A DNA stretch of 63,860 bases, the filler included, from Octopus bimaculoides (taxonomy: Eukaryota): the NCBI RefSeq assembly GCF_001194135.2. It is 4 parts of 4 records of this genome, joined end to end, with 100 filler letters (N's around TTAATTAATTAA, not from the genome) between each part and the next. Parts side by side here need not be neighbours in the genome. Positions count along the whole stretch, not along the records: positions 15,927 to 40,653 come from NC_068984.1; 3 more parts are not named here. One strand, given 5' to 3'. The notes under the pieces are model-generated. The model ran no database searches. It saw only the letters and a list, made by a program, of their open reading frames with translations, and was not told the DNA's origin. This document shows positions 23,540 to 36,989 of this stretch, in pieces. Within the stretch, counting starts at the first letter, position 1. Every line of letters begins with the position of its first letter. Position numbers and translations under genes: made by a program.

Positions 23540-24650
23540 GATTTCTTTATTACCCATAAAGGGCTATACAAAGAATTTTTAAGACATCACTAAACAAAGA
23601 CAGTACAAAACGCAATCATAAAATCGGGGTAAGTAAAATGAAATGATAATATGCAAGAATGAAAAAAATGAGGCGCAATGTCCACTCGATCCCCGAGGTC
23701 GGGTGGTTACATTTATCCAGTTTTTCACTTTTACGTTCAACGTCATGTAAACATTTTAACGGTTTTGTAACTCAAAAAATTGAAATACTCGCGTTACCTT
23801 TCTTCCATTAATCATTGTTACGTCCGTCTTTAACAACTGCAAATAATCAGTTCTAGGGGGTGGTGTCTCCACCAACCATATCCGTTTCGTTATTAAATTT
23901 TCACCAAGTTCTTTTATGCACTCGAAGCATCTTTCCTCACGTATCAAAATGCATTTTCAGCACATTTCTCAGGCATTTTCACTCTTATTATTTCTTTTAA
24001 CCTCTCGACTTTTCTCTCCGTCTGCTCGCAATTCTCGTACTTTATCAAAAGCCCCTTGTATTTCACATCTTTCTCCGTTCTCTCCTCCTCTTCTTCTACA
24101 TTATTAGTTTCTGGCTTTTTTTTATCTCTTTTTTGTTTTCTGTTGACCGTTCCTTTAACTTATTCTTCCTTCGCTTTTTAGGACTAGTAGCTCCATTTTC
24201 GTTCTTCTTTGTTTTCTGATTCACACTTCTGTCTCTCTTTTATTTCCTCAGTGTGGTCTACAATTTTTCCTCCTCTGCTTGTGCTTTCTCTTGCTGTGGC
24301 TGTGTGAACTCATATAGGGGGCATTTGGTCTTCATATGACCTCTTCTTTAGTCTCTTTTGGAGGACACAATTTGTACGAGTCTCCCTCAACTTCTATCAA
24401 ATTCCTGCTTCTGGTCACCTCCTCCATATCCAACTTGATTAACTTGGTTTCCGGCGGCACTGGCTTCCTCACCGCAGTGGCCTTGGCGTAGCTCTCCATA
24501 CTGGAGACACTACCACTTGCCATAGCTGGGAAAAATGCAGCAGCTCACGTGAAATGCAACTGTAATAATTCCACAAAAATCACAATTATTCACCGAGACA
24601 GTTTTCACAACAGTATTCACAATAATTCACAGAGCCGTTATACCGGCGTG
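23540..24650 (-). mobile_element. Internally deleted L1/Tx1-like element between 18-bp direct repeats
   Basis: Direct repeats CTCCAAT(G/C)TCAACATGCC at 23522-23539 and 24651-24668. ORF1-like start MASGSVSSMESYAKA at 24523. 3' end carries AATAAAGAAA and resembles the stub at 21141-21164. Confidence 0.5.
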
Positions 24651-24909
24651 CTCCAATCTCAACATGCCATTAAGTAAAATGAGAGGCTTATTGTCTAGGG
24701 TAAGAGACAGCCTTAGAGACGTTTTTCTGGCTCATTCGCAGACACCAGCACGATAACTGCCCAACCTTATCTAAACTTTCGTTACCATTTAAAATGATGT
24801 ATATAAGTTTTAATTTTTTTTTTTTTTTAACATTTAATTTTTATATATCTTTAATACTACAGTATTTGGTATTTTGTTACGAATATGGTTTCATATATTT
24901 AAGACAACT

Positions 24910-25115
24910 AACTGGCAGCATCGCCAGTACGCCGGGCAAAATGCTTAGAGACATTTTGTCTGTCTTTATACTCTGAGCTCAAATTTCGCCGATCTCGATT
25001 TTGTTTTTCAACCTTTCGGGATCGATAAAATAAATATCAGTAGACCTCTAAGGTCGAACTGCTTGATTTATCCCTCCACCGAAATTGTTAGCCCGGTACC
25101 AAAACTTGAAAGCAA
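24910..25115 (+). mobile_element. SINE family A copy
   Basis: ACTGGCAGCATCG..GCCGGGCAAAATGCTTAG..CTGAGCTCAAATTTCGCC..CCTTTCGGGATCGATAAAATAA. Confidence 0.72.
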
Positions 25116-25299
25116 TAGAGTTTGATATGTTTATGTGTCTAAATGTGCGATCGCATCCCTGTGCGTTTCATCGTTGGATAAGCGTATATTCGTTGTCAAA
25201 AACATTGGCGCAATATAATTGTAATCCTGTTCAACTACCACAGGTAGTTTGGAAGCTTGAAACTTGAAAAGCCGGTCGACGAGCTTTCCTAGAATAACT

Positions 25300-25730
25300 T
25301 CAGGACTACCTCACCACAGATGGGAACGCCGGTAATGTTATTGACGAATTTTGATCAACCAACATACGGCAATGGGACACGCCTAGTGGTAAAGAAGATG
25401 ATGCCACATGTTATTGAGGCCACCATTCTCTCTGGATGAGGAAAAGGCGAGGATGCTTTCATACCTAGGATTCCTCTCATTCCATCGGGAGCTGAAATTC
25501 TTTTTTCATTCAGAAGAGTACAATTTCCTATTCGTATCAGCTTCGAAATGTCTATCCATAAATCCCAGGGTCAAACACTGTCTGTGGTAGGACCTCACTT
25601 GGAAGAGTCATGCTTGTCAAACGGGCAGTTATATGTTAGCTGCTTTAGAGTGGGAAGCAAAAGAAAAATCTATTTGCATTTGTTCCACAAGAGAAAACAA
25701 CGAATATTGCTTACCAAGAGGTTTCGTAGG
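25300..25730 (+). mobile_element. Helitron RepHel PIF1-helicase C-terminal remnant
   Basis: SGLPHH, GTPVMLL, NGTRLVVKKMMPHVIEATIL, FIPRIPLIPS, RRVQFPIRISF.MSIHKSQGQTL..VG..L..C.S.GQLYV.C.RV, TTNI.YQEV*. A possible 3' end CTAG|T lies at 26140-26143. Confidence 0.88.
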
Positions 25731-26392
25731 AATTACTACATCCTACAATGCGCTCCAGTATCCACTGCTTTTTGTGATTGGTGAAGTTGATGAAGATAGA
25801 TAGCAATTCGGCAAGATAACAATGGATCCGAAGACGGCACCAAAAACGCAGTTTCTTGCATCAACTTCAGTATCAAAGCATATTTTCCAATTACTCCTAC
25901 CAACCACGCGTTAAGCAATTCATTGCTACATATTCTCATGTGACAGCATAGGCTCAATTTATATTCCTTATTCTACAGCTACACCAGCAATCCAATGTCA
26001 ACCCTTCACCTTCTGCAACATTTCAACAGTTCACTTCGCTATTCCGTCTCCCATTGCAGCTTCTTTCCGGAATGTACCTATTTACGTACAATATCACTGT
26101 TACATCTACATTCATTCGACTGTCAACCATACGATGGGTCTAGTTAGACGCAGCGCCGACCGCCGCAATACATGTAAAACTAAGAGTAGGAACGGAGTGA
26201 GGGCTCGACTTCAAATAAATGAATAAGATCTGTTTTAGGTATATTTTCTTTGAAAAACTCGTTTGTACATCCAGAAAAAACTCTCACACATACGCACCTC
26301 TTGAAATTGCAATATTTAAGTTATATATTATCATTTTTTTAATGATTTTAAAATGTGGCAATTGTAAACTAACGCGTGTGTAAAGCTTTTAA

Positions 26393-26608
26393 CCCTTTTC
26401 CATTCAAATTTGTCAAATGTAAAGCTTATTTATTCACACTGTTTTGGATTAGTCACGTGTCATCTCGTAGCTTCGAAATTTTGAAGATGTGAATGCCTAT
26501 TTTTAGACTGACATTGTAGGGTAGGAGTGAGATGCGAGATTTGGCTGGTTTTAACATAAACTGGGTATAATAGTTGAGCCTAATACAGCCGGTTTAAATG
26601 CTAAAGGG
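26393..26608. mobile_element. piggyBac-type MITE
   Basis: TTAA|CCCTTT(TCCATT)...(AATGCT)AAAGGG|GTAA, i.e. TTAA TSD with one mismatch and CCC-start TIRs. Confidence 0.72.
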
Positions 26609-29600
26609 GTAAGACAATTAATTAATCAGCAAATCCATAATTATATGCATCTTTCGTATATTTCTAAGTGGTTATCAATGGCATATACTCAGTGAAGATT
26701 AAATTACTCATCGTAATCACAATCATCCTAAACCACGTGATTGTTAATAGCTTTTACAGGCCCTCGCGTAGTTTCACACATATCACACTGTTTTAAACAA
26801 ACATTTTCACTCATCCAACTTTAATTACAAGCACACACACTGACTCACTCTGAAACACTGAAATGCGCACACAAATTTGTTCTCACATACATGATCATTT
26901 CTCATATTCACAAACATGGCGAATCAATCTGTCTGTTAATAGTTATCTTTATGTAAATGATTCAACGATCTTCGGCTAATGTAGAAATCTTCACACCAAA
27001 AATTTCGTTCCTAGTTATTCTCTCAAAAACAGTTCTCACAGCGCCGTTAAAATGACAGTATAAACTATCACTTTCTCACTCTGATATATCAATTCGAGCC
27101 TATAACAGTAACAAAACATCCAAATTTTTTTTTCTTCTTCTATTTTGGAAATGAAAAATTGTAAAATGGAAATAACGGCTAGCATTTGGTTCTTATACAC
27201 ACTTAGGATTCTGCTATCAGATGATGTTTCACTGAATTTGTTGCCATGATACCGATGAATTGTTATCAAAAACAGAAATGTGCTCGAACAGTGGTATGAG
27301 TGCATACATTTAAAGTTTAGCGAAAGATATAATCGAGAACGAGCCGAACAACGTCGAGACTAGTCAAAGTCCAGGTTCAAATTTTACCGAGTGTGACTTC
27401 TTTTTTTAATTTTTTATCCATGTTAGGTTCAATAAAAGTAATATACAAGCCAAGTACCGAGATCAAGTTAAAATACTCCCCTTGCTTCTCACACTGACGA
27501 TCAATAACCATTATTGCACACATATTCCTTAACCGTCATTTCAGCTATGTGTAATAAAACCTATGATCAAAATAATTCCACTTGAGACCACGTTGTATCT
27601 TCGATTACATACTTCAACATCTTTTTTTCCTTTTCAGACAGCAGAGTGTGATTTCGGAGAGATTTGGCTGCTACAGCCAACCGATCGAATGGTAACCTTG
27701 TTGCTTACATTCAAAGCGCTAAGGTGGCATCAACGATAAATGCACAGTCTGAGTACCATTACGTATTTACTTTCGATCATTTATGTTCTAATTTTGAATT
27801 CAACCGAGAGATAAAAAATCAGTACCCATCATGTATTAAGTACTGATTTAGCAGAGTAATATACAGCTCTTTTATAAACGTATAGCCTTGTGCATGTACG
27901 AGAACTCATGATTTCATACTTTTATTTAGTATGAACCACATAGAAGCATTAGTTCAATCGCTACACACGTCTTTGGTACTACGCACATTACTGATTGATA
28001 GAAACAAGATTAGAAACAGATTCTTGTTTTACATAGGAGTATCAAATGAAAAAAATATTTATCTATAACGAACGAAACTTAAGAGTTCGAAAACATTACA
28101 AGATTATTAACAACATCTCACCCTTGCCTAGTCTTCTAAAATTCCCGTCTTTCAGTGAAAGGAAAATAGAAGTAATACGAAAATTATAGTTAAAGGTAAG
28201 ACTTTTGTCTGTGTGATGCAAGAATAATGTTTTACAGGCATAACCAAATAGGTTTGTACACAGACAGAAGATCTTCGCATATTTCATGATGTAGACTGAA
28301 TATTCATTCTTAAATATTTCTATGACCTATATGATTCTGTATCATATCACCCATTGATAGTCAACAAAAAAGTATACGAGACCTTTTTTTCTTCCTTCCA
28401 GGCTATTATATTAAACTTTATTATGCTACATACATTCTCTCCCGTTATGAAACACATACGTAAAAAAATGGCAAGTCTCAGAATTTGAAATTTTCATCTT
28501 CAATAAATTCTTTATTCTATTTATTCTTTTCATCTTGTTTGATCGCTTAAACGTAACTCAAAATGTTGAAATTTAGTCTGAAAGAAAATAATGAATAAAA
28601 CAAATAAATAATATTGCCAATAGACAGCATCAAAACTCTTTCTCCTTTTTTTTCCTTTTGAGTCATCATCGCAGCAAAAGAAGAAACTTACGACCTCCTG
28701 GAAATAAATCATGTCATACCATCTTCAAAGAAAAAATAGAGAAGGACACAGATAATTCAGTTACAGGTACGTTAAGTAATAAATCTTCTGGCGACCACAC
28801 TATTATTTATACGAAAAGTAGAAAAGTAAGAAAGCGCTTCAGTATATTGCTTGCTCGAAAGCCAGGGTACTTATTTATTTGGATATCAATAATCTGCACC
28901 ATTGATATCGCTTATCCTATTCAATACATGGACGGGAAAAAAACTAACCCTTTTCCTTGAAATCTGCATGTTGGTAACATGATTTCAACACCCGTTCTCA
29001 TGATCTTAATGATCAGATGTCTACAAGTTATTTTGTACTGGTTCATATAACCTGAAATTTACTTCATTCTCAGCTCATTGATTTGTCCGATGTCATTCCA
29101 CAAATTATACTATGTTAGCTTGAAACTACCATCAAGAGATAAATAGATGTCTTTGTTGTGATAAAATAGATATAATTAATACGTCAAGCTGCTGTTCAGT
29201 ACAAATTATAATGTATTTGTGTCAATATATAATTGTGATTGTCGTATTTAGCCCGTACACAAATGATTGAGCAACCCTATGAAAAAATCGATTTCCATCC
29301 ATAAAGTTTTTTTTGTCTTTTCCTGATATTGGATAATTTATTCCTAGATGTGCTACAATGTGGTTTGGTGGATATATGGCTGCTGTTTGCAACAGATTTG
29401 CAAATATATACATTCCATCGTTAGTTCGATAAGCAAAAGTCACCTACATAAAGAAAACAACAGTGATGGACTTCTGTCAAAACTAAATGCAATCCGCCTA
29501 AAATATATAATTTACTTATCAGAATGCCGTTCAAGCATATAATAACAATTCCTCAAACGGTCTTTTTACATTCTATACACTACAATAACTACCATATCGA

Positions 29601-31016
29601 TCACTATATTAGGTGATCGGTTCTACTAACCAAGACTTCAACAGCCCAAGTTTCACTTGGATTCCAGTCATTTGCCATGCAACCTTTCTCATGTACAAGT
29701 GAACATAACGGATAGCGACAGATTTAACAATTCTAATTCTTATACTATAATACCCCACTCAACACTGGGAGCCGACGATAACAATTCTAAACATCACTTG
29801 ACCTATTACGAGATAATTCCCCTCATATCACCTGCCATTATCAAAAATTCAAAGGCACCAAATATGATTTAGTCCTATATACAAGGTCCAGTTATAATAA
29901 TGATGGTCAAAAGGAGGAACGTTTTGAACATGTCTATTTGCTGAGTGTGTTTTAATCTTAGGCCTGTATTAAAATCTACATAAAACTTCATTACATCCGG
30001 AACCCATGCCATGTTTAGAGCAGTTCCTCTCTGTATAATCAATACGAAACTACGATATAGAGATATAGATAAATGACAATGAAATCAATTTAGAATTGGT
30101 GGAAAAAATAAAATACAGTATGCAATTTGGACAAGCGATTAACTGAGAGTGTGATTCTTACAAATGATATTACAGTCCTTATGAGAATTATATATGTGTG
30201 TGTTTGTGTATGTGTATGTGTTTGTGTATGTGTGTGTGTGTGTGTGTCTGCGTGCGCGCACGCACACACAAAGATAAAAACGCAGCGGGAAGGAATGAAC
30301 GGAAAAATATAATGAGATAGCGACAAGTAAATCCAACCAACATTTGCTGGTTAGCACCTAGTATTCTGGCGATCATTGTCAGATTTCAATATCTTTTAAC
30401 CGTATGTATGTACATCTATCTATATAATATCTGATTATATATTATCTCTCTCTCTCCATATATATCTATCTAGACGAACAGATTGGTAGACAGATAGATA
30501 CACAGAGAGACAGATATGCCGTGTATTTTACAGACACAAGTACTTCTAATGAAATCCTAGGTCGGATTTATTAAGTTACGTTGTGTGACAACACAGTACT
30601 TTTGAAGTTGAAGCATAATACATCTGAGAAGCTTCTACAAAGTTTCTATCTATCTGACTTCATTCACACAGTTTGCATTCACACGAAGCTAGAGTGAAAG
30701 ACACAACAGCAAGATGCTTCAGTGTTGAATCGATCATAGAACATCATGATTGCAAAGTGAATTTCTTCACCATTCAGTGCGTGCGCAGCCTTACACACAT
30801 CATACACTATGAACATTCTTTGACAACTAAATTTTTCTTTTTCCTTTTTTTCTAATTAGAGATGTTTACTTTTCTCTACAAGTAATTATAGATTAAGATT
30901 AATAGTAACTTCAATTAGATAAAACAAAACTATGGAATCCACTAAAAAAGATAACGGGGATTTTACACGCAGCAAGTCGTCGGCTAGTTTCGTTACGAAA
31001 CTTCTTTCCTAAATAC

Positions 31017-31052
<36 letters not shown>

Positions 31053-31629
31053 GCAGTATTAATCCTTAAAAAAATAAGAGACCTTCTGAGTAAAGAAGAG
31101 ATCTGTGTGGCCATAGAAGGATTCTAAAGATGCGAAGATGGCAGTTCAGAAAGAATTAACTGATTAGATATCTACTAGAGAAGATGAGGATGCTGGTAAA
31201 AATAAAGCTTCTAAAACAGAGAGAGGAGTTTGAAGGATTGTTTTAGTTTAATAGTAGAACGTCTGTCATGCGGGTTCGAGTCCCACTGGCAAGCTTCGAA
31301 TTTTCTATCCAAGACTTTTTAAAACACAATATCAGCCCGCCATATATCCAATTATAGCATTATTACCTTCGAGTTCGACAGTTACAAAACGAATTCACAC
31401 ACACATACATATATACGAATTTTTATACGCTACGATATATCGTGAAATATATTAAGGGTGGATGCTACTGAAGCTTGTAGCCCCAGGAGGACTATACCTC
31501 GTTCAGAGATTTATTATATATCTTGTAGTCTATAAAATCTCCCAAGTCAAGTTAATGAAATGCCACTTTAATTTAACGTGTAATATCTTCAAAAAAATTA
31601 TGCAAACTGAATAAAATTTTGTCAAAGTC

Positions 31630-31815
31630 ATCTATACTTTAGCTAGCAGGACTTTCAATCGGTTACACATGGAATTGATTAAATTATCAGCAACAAGTTT
31701 GATCCAGGTTCACCCACATTTCGGTTAATGCTATTTATGAAATTTTTGATAATCCTGCATGCAACTTTCTACCAAGATGTTCCCAAATGTGTTCGATTGA
31801 ATTAATATCGAAGTT
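31630..31815 (-). mobile_element. Tc1 transposase C-terminal fragment
   Basis: Manual translation FDINSIEHIWEHLGRKL..ALTEMWVNLDQ..NLINSMCNRLKVLLAK matches the Tc1 SPDLNPIEHLW..LI.SM..R motif. Confidence 0.75.
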
Positions 31816-32308
31816 TTGAGCCATCCATTTCTGAAATTACTACACGGTATAGTGAAAGCAAATTTTGCTATTTCAGTTTGTGTGAGTGTGTATGAGTGTC
31901 TGTGTGAGAGTGTGTGCGTGTATATGAATGTTCATGTGTATGAGTGTCTCTGTGTGTGGGTATATGTGAGTGTGTGCGAGTGCGTGTATGTGTTTGAAGA
32001 ATAGTGAGACGACACGACGTAGTTGTTTAAATAGAGGTGGAGCCGTTGTATTAAAGGTACTTATAGTCAAATAGCCCGAAATAATGCCAAATACTTTTAA
32101 AATGTATTTTATCCATATATGTCAATGTACAAGTTTGTAAGACCATTCTGTTTCCAAAGTAAATAGAGCCCCAGGTCATAATATATATAGGTAACGCAAG
32201 GTAAGAAAAATTCGGAAAAGTAAATTGCATACGCGCATATTCAAACCGCGAAGTTACAAGGACGTAAACAAACCAACACTATTTATCAAGTAGTGGAAGG
32301 AAGCGCAT

Positions 32309-32351
<43 letters not shown>

Positions 32352-32426
32352 GAAAAAAATTAGAGTCAACGAGAAGGCGTACGGTTGGACATTTATTTTC
32401 AATCACTAAAATTGTTTCTACGCAGT

Positions 32427-32458
<32 letters not shown>

Positions 32459-32483
32459 CAAGACTTACAGAATGGAGTATATA

Positions 32484-32650
32484 CCGTATTTTAACGTATA
32501 TAAGGAACACTTTTCTGTCAAAAATTAGGTTTAAAAATATGGGAGTTTCTTATGCATGGATTGTATTATAATTCCTTACCTTACAAGACCTTTTTTTCCA
32601 AATATTAAGCCCCCAAAATTAGGAGGTTCCTTATACACGTTAAAATACGG
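32484..32650. mobile_element. pogo/Tigger-type MITE (167 bp)
   Basis: TA|CCGTATTTTAACGTATATAAGGAAC...GTTCCTTATACACGTTAAAATACGG|TA; 25-bp TIR with one mismatch. Confidence 0.88.
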
Positions 32651-32779
32651 TATATATCATTACATACGAAAAAGACTAATTTTATTCTCAGAAGCCCCAC
32701 GATTAATGCACAGAGCACGCATTTTCAATGGAATACATGAAATGACTATTTTCTATTACAGAGTTCTGCATACACGAGG

Positions 32780-33075
32780 AATCTAATGCTTTTAGCTTAG
32801 TTTTTCCTTGGGGCTGGCCAGATTGGAGCAATCTCGAGTATAACCAGCTAAAATTGCAAAGATAATCTGGAACTCGACTGAGGAAAGAAAACTCCGAATG
32901 ACCTGTCCTTGTTTCCTTGGTATCGTCTACCTGAATGTTTTGTTGTCATTTTTTTGTATCACCTAACTGTCTGAATGGTTTGCGTTCTTGTCCCCCGGGA
33001 GTGTTATACTAATACATCCATTTGTTGTTTACACTACCTGTCTTCGTCTGTTGTTTTTTCGTGAATTCTCCTATA
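32780..33075 (+). mobile_element. Penelope-like pLTR-type repeat, plus copy
   Basis: 5' part is homologous to the reverse complement of 49210-49360; 3' part (32995-33035) is homologous to the reverse complement of 33254-33292. The Penelope assignment rests on the linked hammerhead motif. Confidence 0.5.
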
Positions 33076-33300
33076 TATNNNNNNNNNNNNNNNNNNNNNN
33101 NNNNNNNNNNNNNNNNNNNNNNNNNNNNNNNNNNNNNNNNNNNNNNNNNNNNNNNNNNNNNNNNNNNNNNNNNNNNNNNNNNNNNNNNNNNNNNNNNNNN
33201 NNNNNNNNNNNNNNNNNNNNNNNNNNNNNNNNNNNNNNNNNNNNNNNNNNNNNGTGTAAACAAAAAAACAAATGTATTAGTTTAACGCTCGGGAAGTGAG

Positions 33301-33345
33301 AAAGTCTTTTACGTTTCGAGCCTACGCTCTTCAACAGAAAGGAAC
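33301..33345 (-). ncRNA. Minimal type I hammerhead-ribozyme-like motif (A6U core variant)
   Basis: Minus strand CTTT-CTGTTGA-A-GAGC GTAG GCTC-GAAAC-GTA-AAAG: 4-bp stem I, 4-bp stem II, palindromic ACGT stem III, GUA cleavage triplet. Confidence 0.6.
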
Positions 33346-33538
33346 ACAGAAATAAGCAGATTGAGAAAATAACAAAAAGGCTTAGTGGCTAGCGATATAT
33401 ATATATATATATATATACGAAAAGTGAGAAAGAGAGAGAAGTTAGTTTAGCCTCCTACTTAATTTCTTTTTACCGTTTTTCGCATTTTTCTAGATATATG
33501 TATATTCACATATGCATTAGTGTATATACCTATTTCTA

Positions 33539-33769
33539 CAGTGTGGTCAAAATGTAGGTTCAGAGTTATCATGCAGGCACTTTAAATTTCTTTTAAAACA
33601 TTTTTAAAAATTTAAATTTCTATCTTACAATCTGAAAAGGGAGCTTGACAAAATTAACTAAATTAGCATAAAATAACGGTTTCATATTTTGTTTTACAAT
33701 TAAGATTTAAATTGTTAATATATGAAAGAGATAGCTGAATAACTGTAAACCTACTTTTGGGCTACCCTG
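33539..33769. mobile_element. Tc1-type MITE (231 bp)
   Basis: TA|CAGTGTGGTCAAAATGTAGGTT...AACCTACTTTTGGGCTACCCTG|TA; imperfect TIRs and TA TSD. Confidence 0.72.
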
Positions 33770-34861
33770 TATATTATATGTTCTGTATGCAACCAGCAGC
33801 AATATACTACGATCCAAATGTATATATACATACATATTTATGCTTGCTGGATTGCACACTTCTATCAGTCCACTAATCTGTGATAATCGTGTCGTCAGAG
33901 TATCAAATTGCAAGCTAAGATGTAGCTAGCTAACAACGCTATCAAATGCAGACAGGCATCTTAAAACTTAACATATGCAGTTGTATAGGCAGACAGGATA
34001 CATTCTTGTACATAACTGCACATGCATACACACACATATGCGCATAAAAATATAACTCATAGATTGGACACATGTATATGTAATACAGAAACCCGGTGGT
34101 ACATTCAGTCAAATTTAATTTAATACATACACACGCGAAAGCACACACAAAGCCTTATAGAAATGCTGTTAAATGCGCGTAGAGTCCTGCTGAATAGCAA
34201 TTCAACACAAACGTACATTTGAAAACATGCACACAAAACTGCAACTCAACACACAAACATATAACGGCAGATCAACGCACAACTGCAGTTCTCTGCAACT
34301 GCAGTTATAAGCTGCTGCTGTACATGCACACACGTAACTACAACACACACACACACATACACACATACACGCACACGGGCGTCCGCGCACGCGCAAGTGC
34401 TACTGAACACAACGATAATTGAGGATACACAACTGCAACTAAACATGGACACAATTGCAAATGAATACACAACTGCAATGCAATAATTACAATTGAACAA
34501 ACACGCGCACATGCAAAGAGCTACAATGGAACTCTCTCTCTCTCTCTCTCTCTCTCATACACACACACACAAATAAAGCTGAATGGACACTACACTGCAT
34601 TTGAACAGCTATACACATAACTTCAGCTGACCGACCATACACATGCAGATGCAGAGACACAAACAGGTTCGATTGCACACTGACATTTCACAATGAATCC
34701 TCTAAGGATTATTTCCTTGGTGCAACAGAATGCAGCATCGTTGCCATTAACGAGCACATACAATGCATCTCAGTTGTGACACATACATACATGTATGCAG
34801 GCACATACAGACGAAAACACGGCGCTCTTTACGCACAGTACATAAAAAGCCAGTGGGGTAC

Positions 34862-34927
<66 letters not shown>

Positions 34928-36699
34928 NNNNNNNNNNNNNNNNNNNNNNNNNNNNNNNNNNNNNNNNNNNNNNNNNNNNNNNNNNNNNNNNNNNNNNNNN
35001 NNNNNNNNNNNNNNNNNNNNNNNNNNNNNNNNNNNNNNNNNNNNNNNNNNNNNNNNNNNNNNNNNNNNNNNNNNNNNNNNNNNNNNNNNNNNNNNNNNNN
35101 NNNNNNNNNNNNNNNNNNNNNNNNNNNNNNNNNNNNNNNNNNNNNNNNNNNNNNNNNNNNNNNNNNNNNNNNTGTGTGTGTGTGTGTTTATATGCTGCTA
35201 CTCATACCTGAAAGCTGACGGATGCGCCCCACCCCCACTCCACGCAAAATGAAAACGCGTACGCTAAAACACAGAAAAACTTGATAAAAAGGTAAAGATA
35301 TGCAAATTCCTAGATATGCAGATTCTCTTCATAGTGCAACTTACTCGAATAAACACATTTTAATAGTCAAGCACATGCGTTGTTTCGCTACTTCAGATGA
35401 GTTCTAATCCAGTACCCCTATAGCAACCATCCTGATTTATTTTTATGTGTATTTAGACCATTATCCAATGTGTCCATGATGGTACGACGTGAATTGAGTA
35501 AGATTTAGCTGCCATTTCTAGCTCAGTAATCCACTACGGAGAGGCTCACTCGCTGACTCGACGCAATTTAATTCCCACACAAGAGTAGATTGACATTTCA
35601 GTTCGAAAGATATCTAGACTGACAATTAACACCACGAACATACACGTACATATACTACGAAGTGAACTCGTGCAGAGAAAATGCAGAAACTAGTGCAAAT
35701 TAAGTCAGTGCAATATGATATATAGTTGTGCAGAAGTGTAGCAGAGAGAGAAAAAGACAACTCAAACATACTGCATAAGTGCGATGACATTTCTGCTTCA
35801 ATGAGTCTTAAATGAAATATTAGTGGGACATTATCTAAGCAATTGTGTGTATACATTTTAAGTTATTTTTATTAATGTTGTTGTTTGATTTTTTTTGTTT
35901 TAGTTTCATATCATGACTAATGTTCTTGGTCTTGTTTTCAGCAGGCCAGTCACGTGCGCACTGTTTTTTTTTCAAACGAAAACTTCAAGCAAATACCAGG
36001 ATAAATCGAGGAGGTAATTTAGTCAGAGGTATATAAAGCTTTCACACACACACACACNNNNNNNNNNNNNNNNNNNNNNNNNNNNNNNNNNNNNNNNNNN
36101 NNNNNNNNNNNNNNNNNNNNNNNNNNNNNNNNNNNNNNNNNNNNNNNNNNNNNNNNNNNNNNNNNNNNNNNNNNNNNNNNNNNNNNNNNNNNNNNNNNNN
36201 NNNNNNNNNNNNNNNNNNNNNNNNNNNNNNNNNNNNNNNNNNNNNNNNNNNNNNNNNNNNNNNNNNNNNNNNNNNNNNNNNNNNNNNNNNNNNNNNNNNN
36301 NNNNNNNNNNNNNNNNNNNNNNNNNNNNNNNNNNNNNNNNNNNNNNNNNNNNNNNNNNNNNNNNNNNNNNNNNNNNNNNNNNNNNNNNNNNNNNNNNNNN
36401 NNNNNNNNNNNNNNNNNNNNNNNNNNNNNNNNNNNNNNNNNNNNNNNNNNNNNNNNNNNNNNNNNNNNNNNNNNNNNNNNNNNNNNNNNNNNNNNNNNNN
36501 NNNNNNNNNNNNNNNNNNNNNNNNNNNNNNNNNNNNNNNNNNNNNNNNNNNNNNNNNNNNNNNNNNNNNNNNNNNNNNNNNNNNNNNNNNNNNNNNNNNN
36601 NNNNNNNNNNNNNNNNNNNNNNNNNNNNNNNNNNNNNNNNNNNNNNNNNNNNNNNNNNNNNNNNNNNNNNNNNNNNNNNNNNNNNNNNNNNNNNNNNNN

Positions 36700-36782
<83 letters not shown>

Positions 36783-36989
36783 ACACACTTCCCAGCACGT
36801 ATGCCTTGGAAACATCCCAGTTCTAAACAGTGGAAAATCGAGAACCTTTTACTTAAAAAACGCAACCACTTGGGGAATATGTTAATGACTGGATCTTTTA
36901 AAGTGCAGACTGCTAACTCTTTGGTTTGTTGCAAGGTAATACTGTAGCCAAGGAAAATCTGCTATATGACTCATATCCCGGCAGGCAGA

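Noticed and set aside
28658-28770. Possible exon ending in CAG|GTACGT
   Set aside because: No convincing acceptor and no recognisable protein in any frame.
31268-31292. tRNA T-arm-like GGGTTCGAGTCCC
   Set aside because: No acceptor, D or anticodon arms; at most a SINE or tRNA fragment.
34200-34700. Cluster of CAACTG/CAATTG E-box or Myb-like motifs
   Set aside because: The region is CA/TG low-complexity sequence, so such motifs are expected from composition.
35380-35402. CTGAAGT..GCGAAAC on minus
   Set aside because: Core mismatch and no stem II; chance match.
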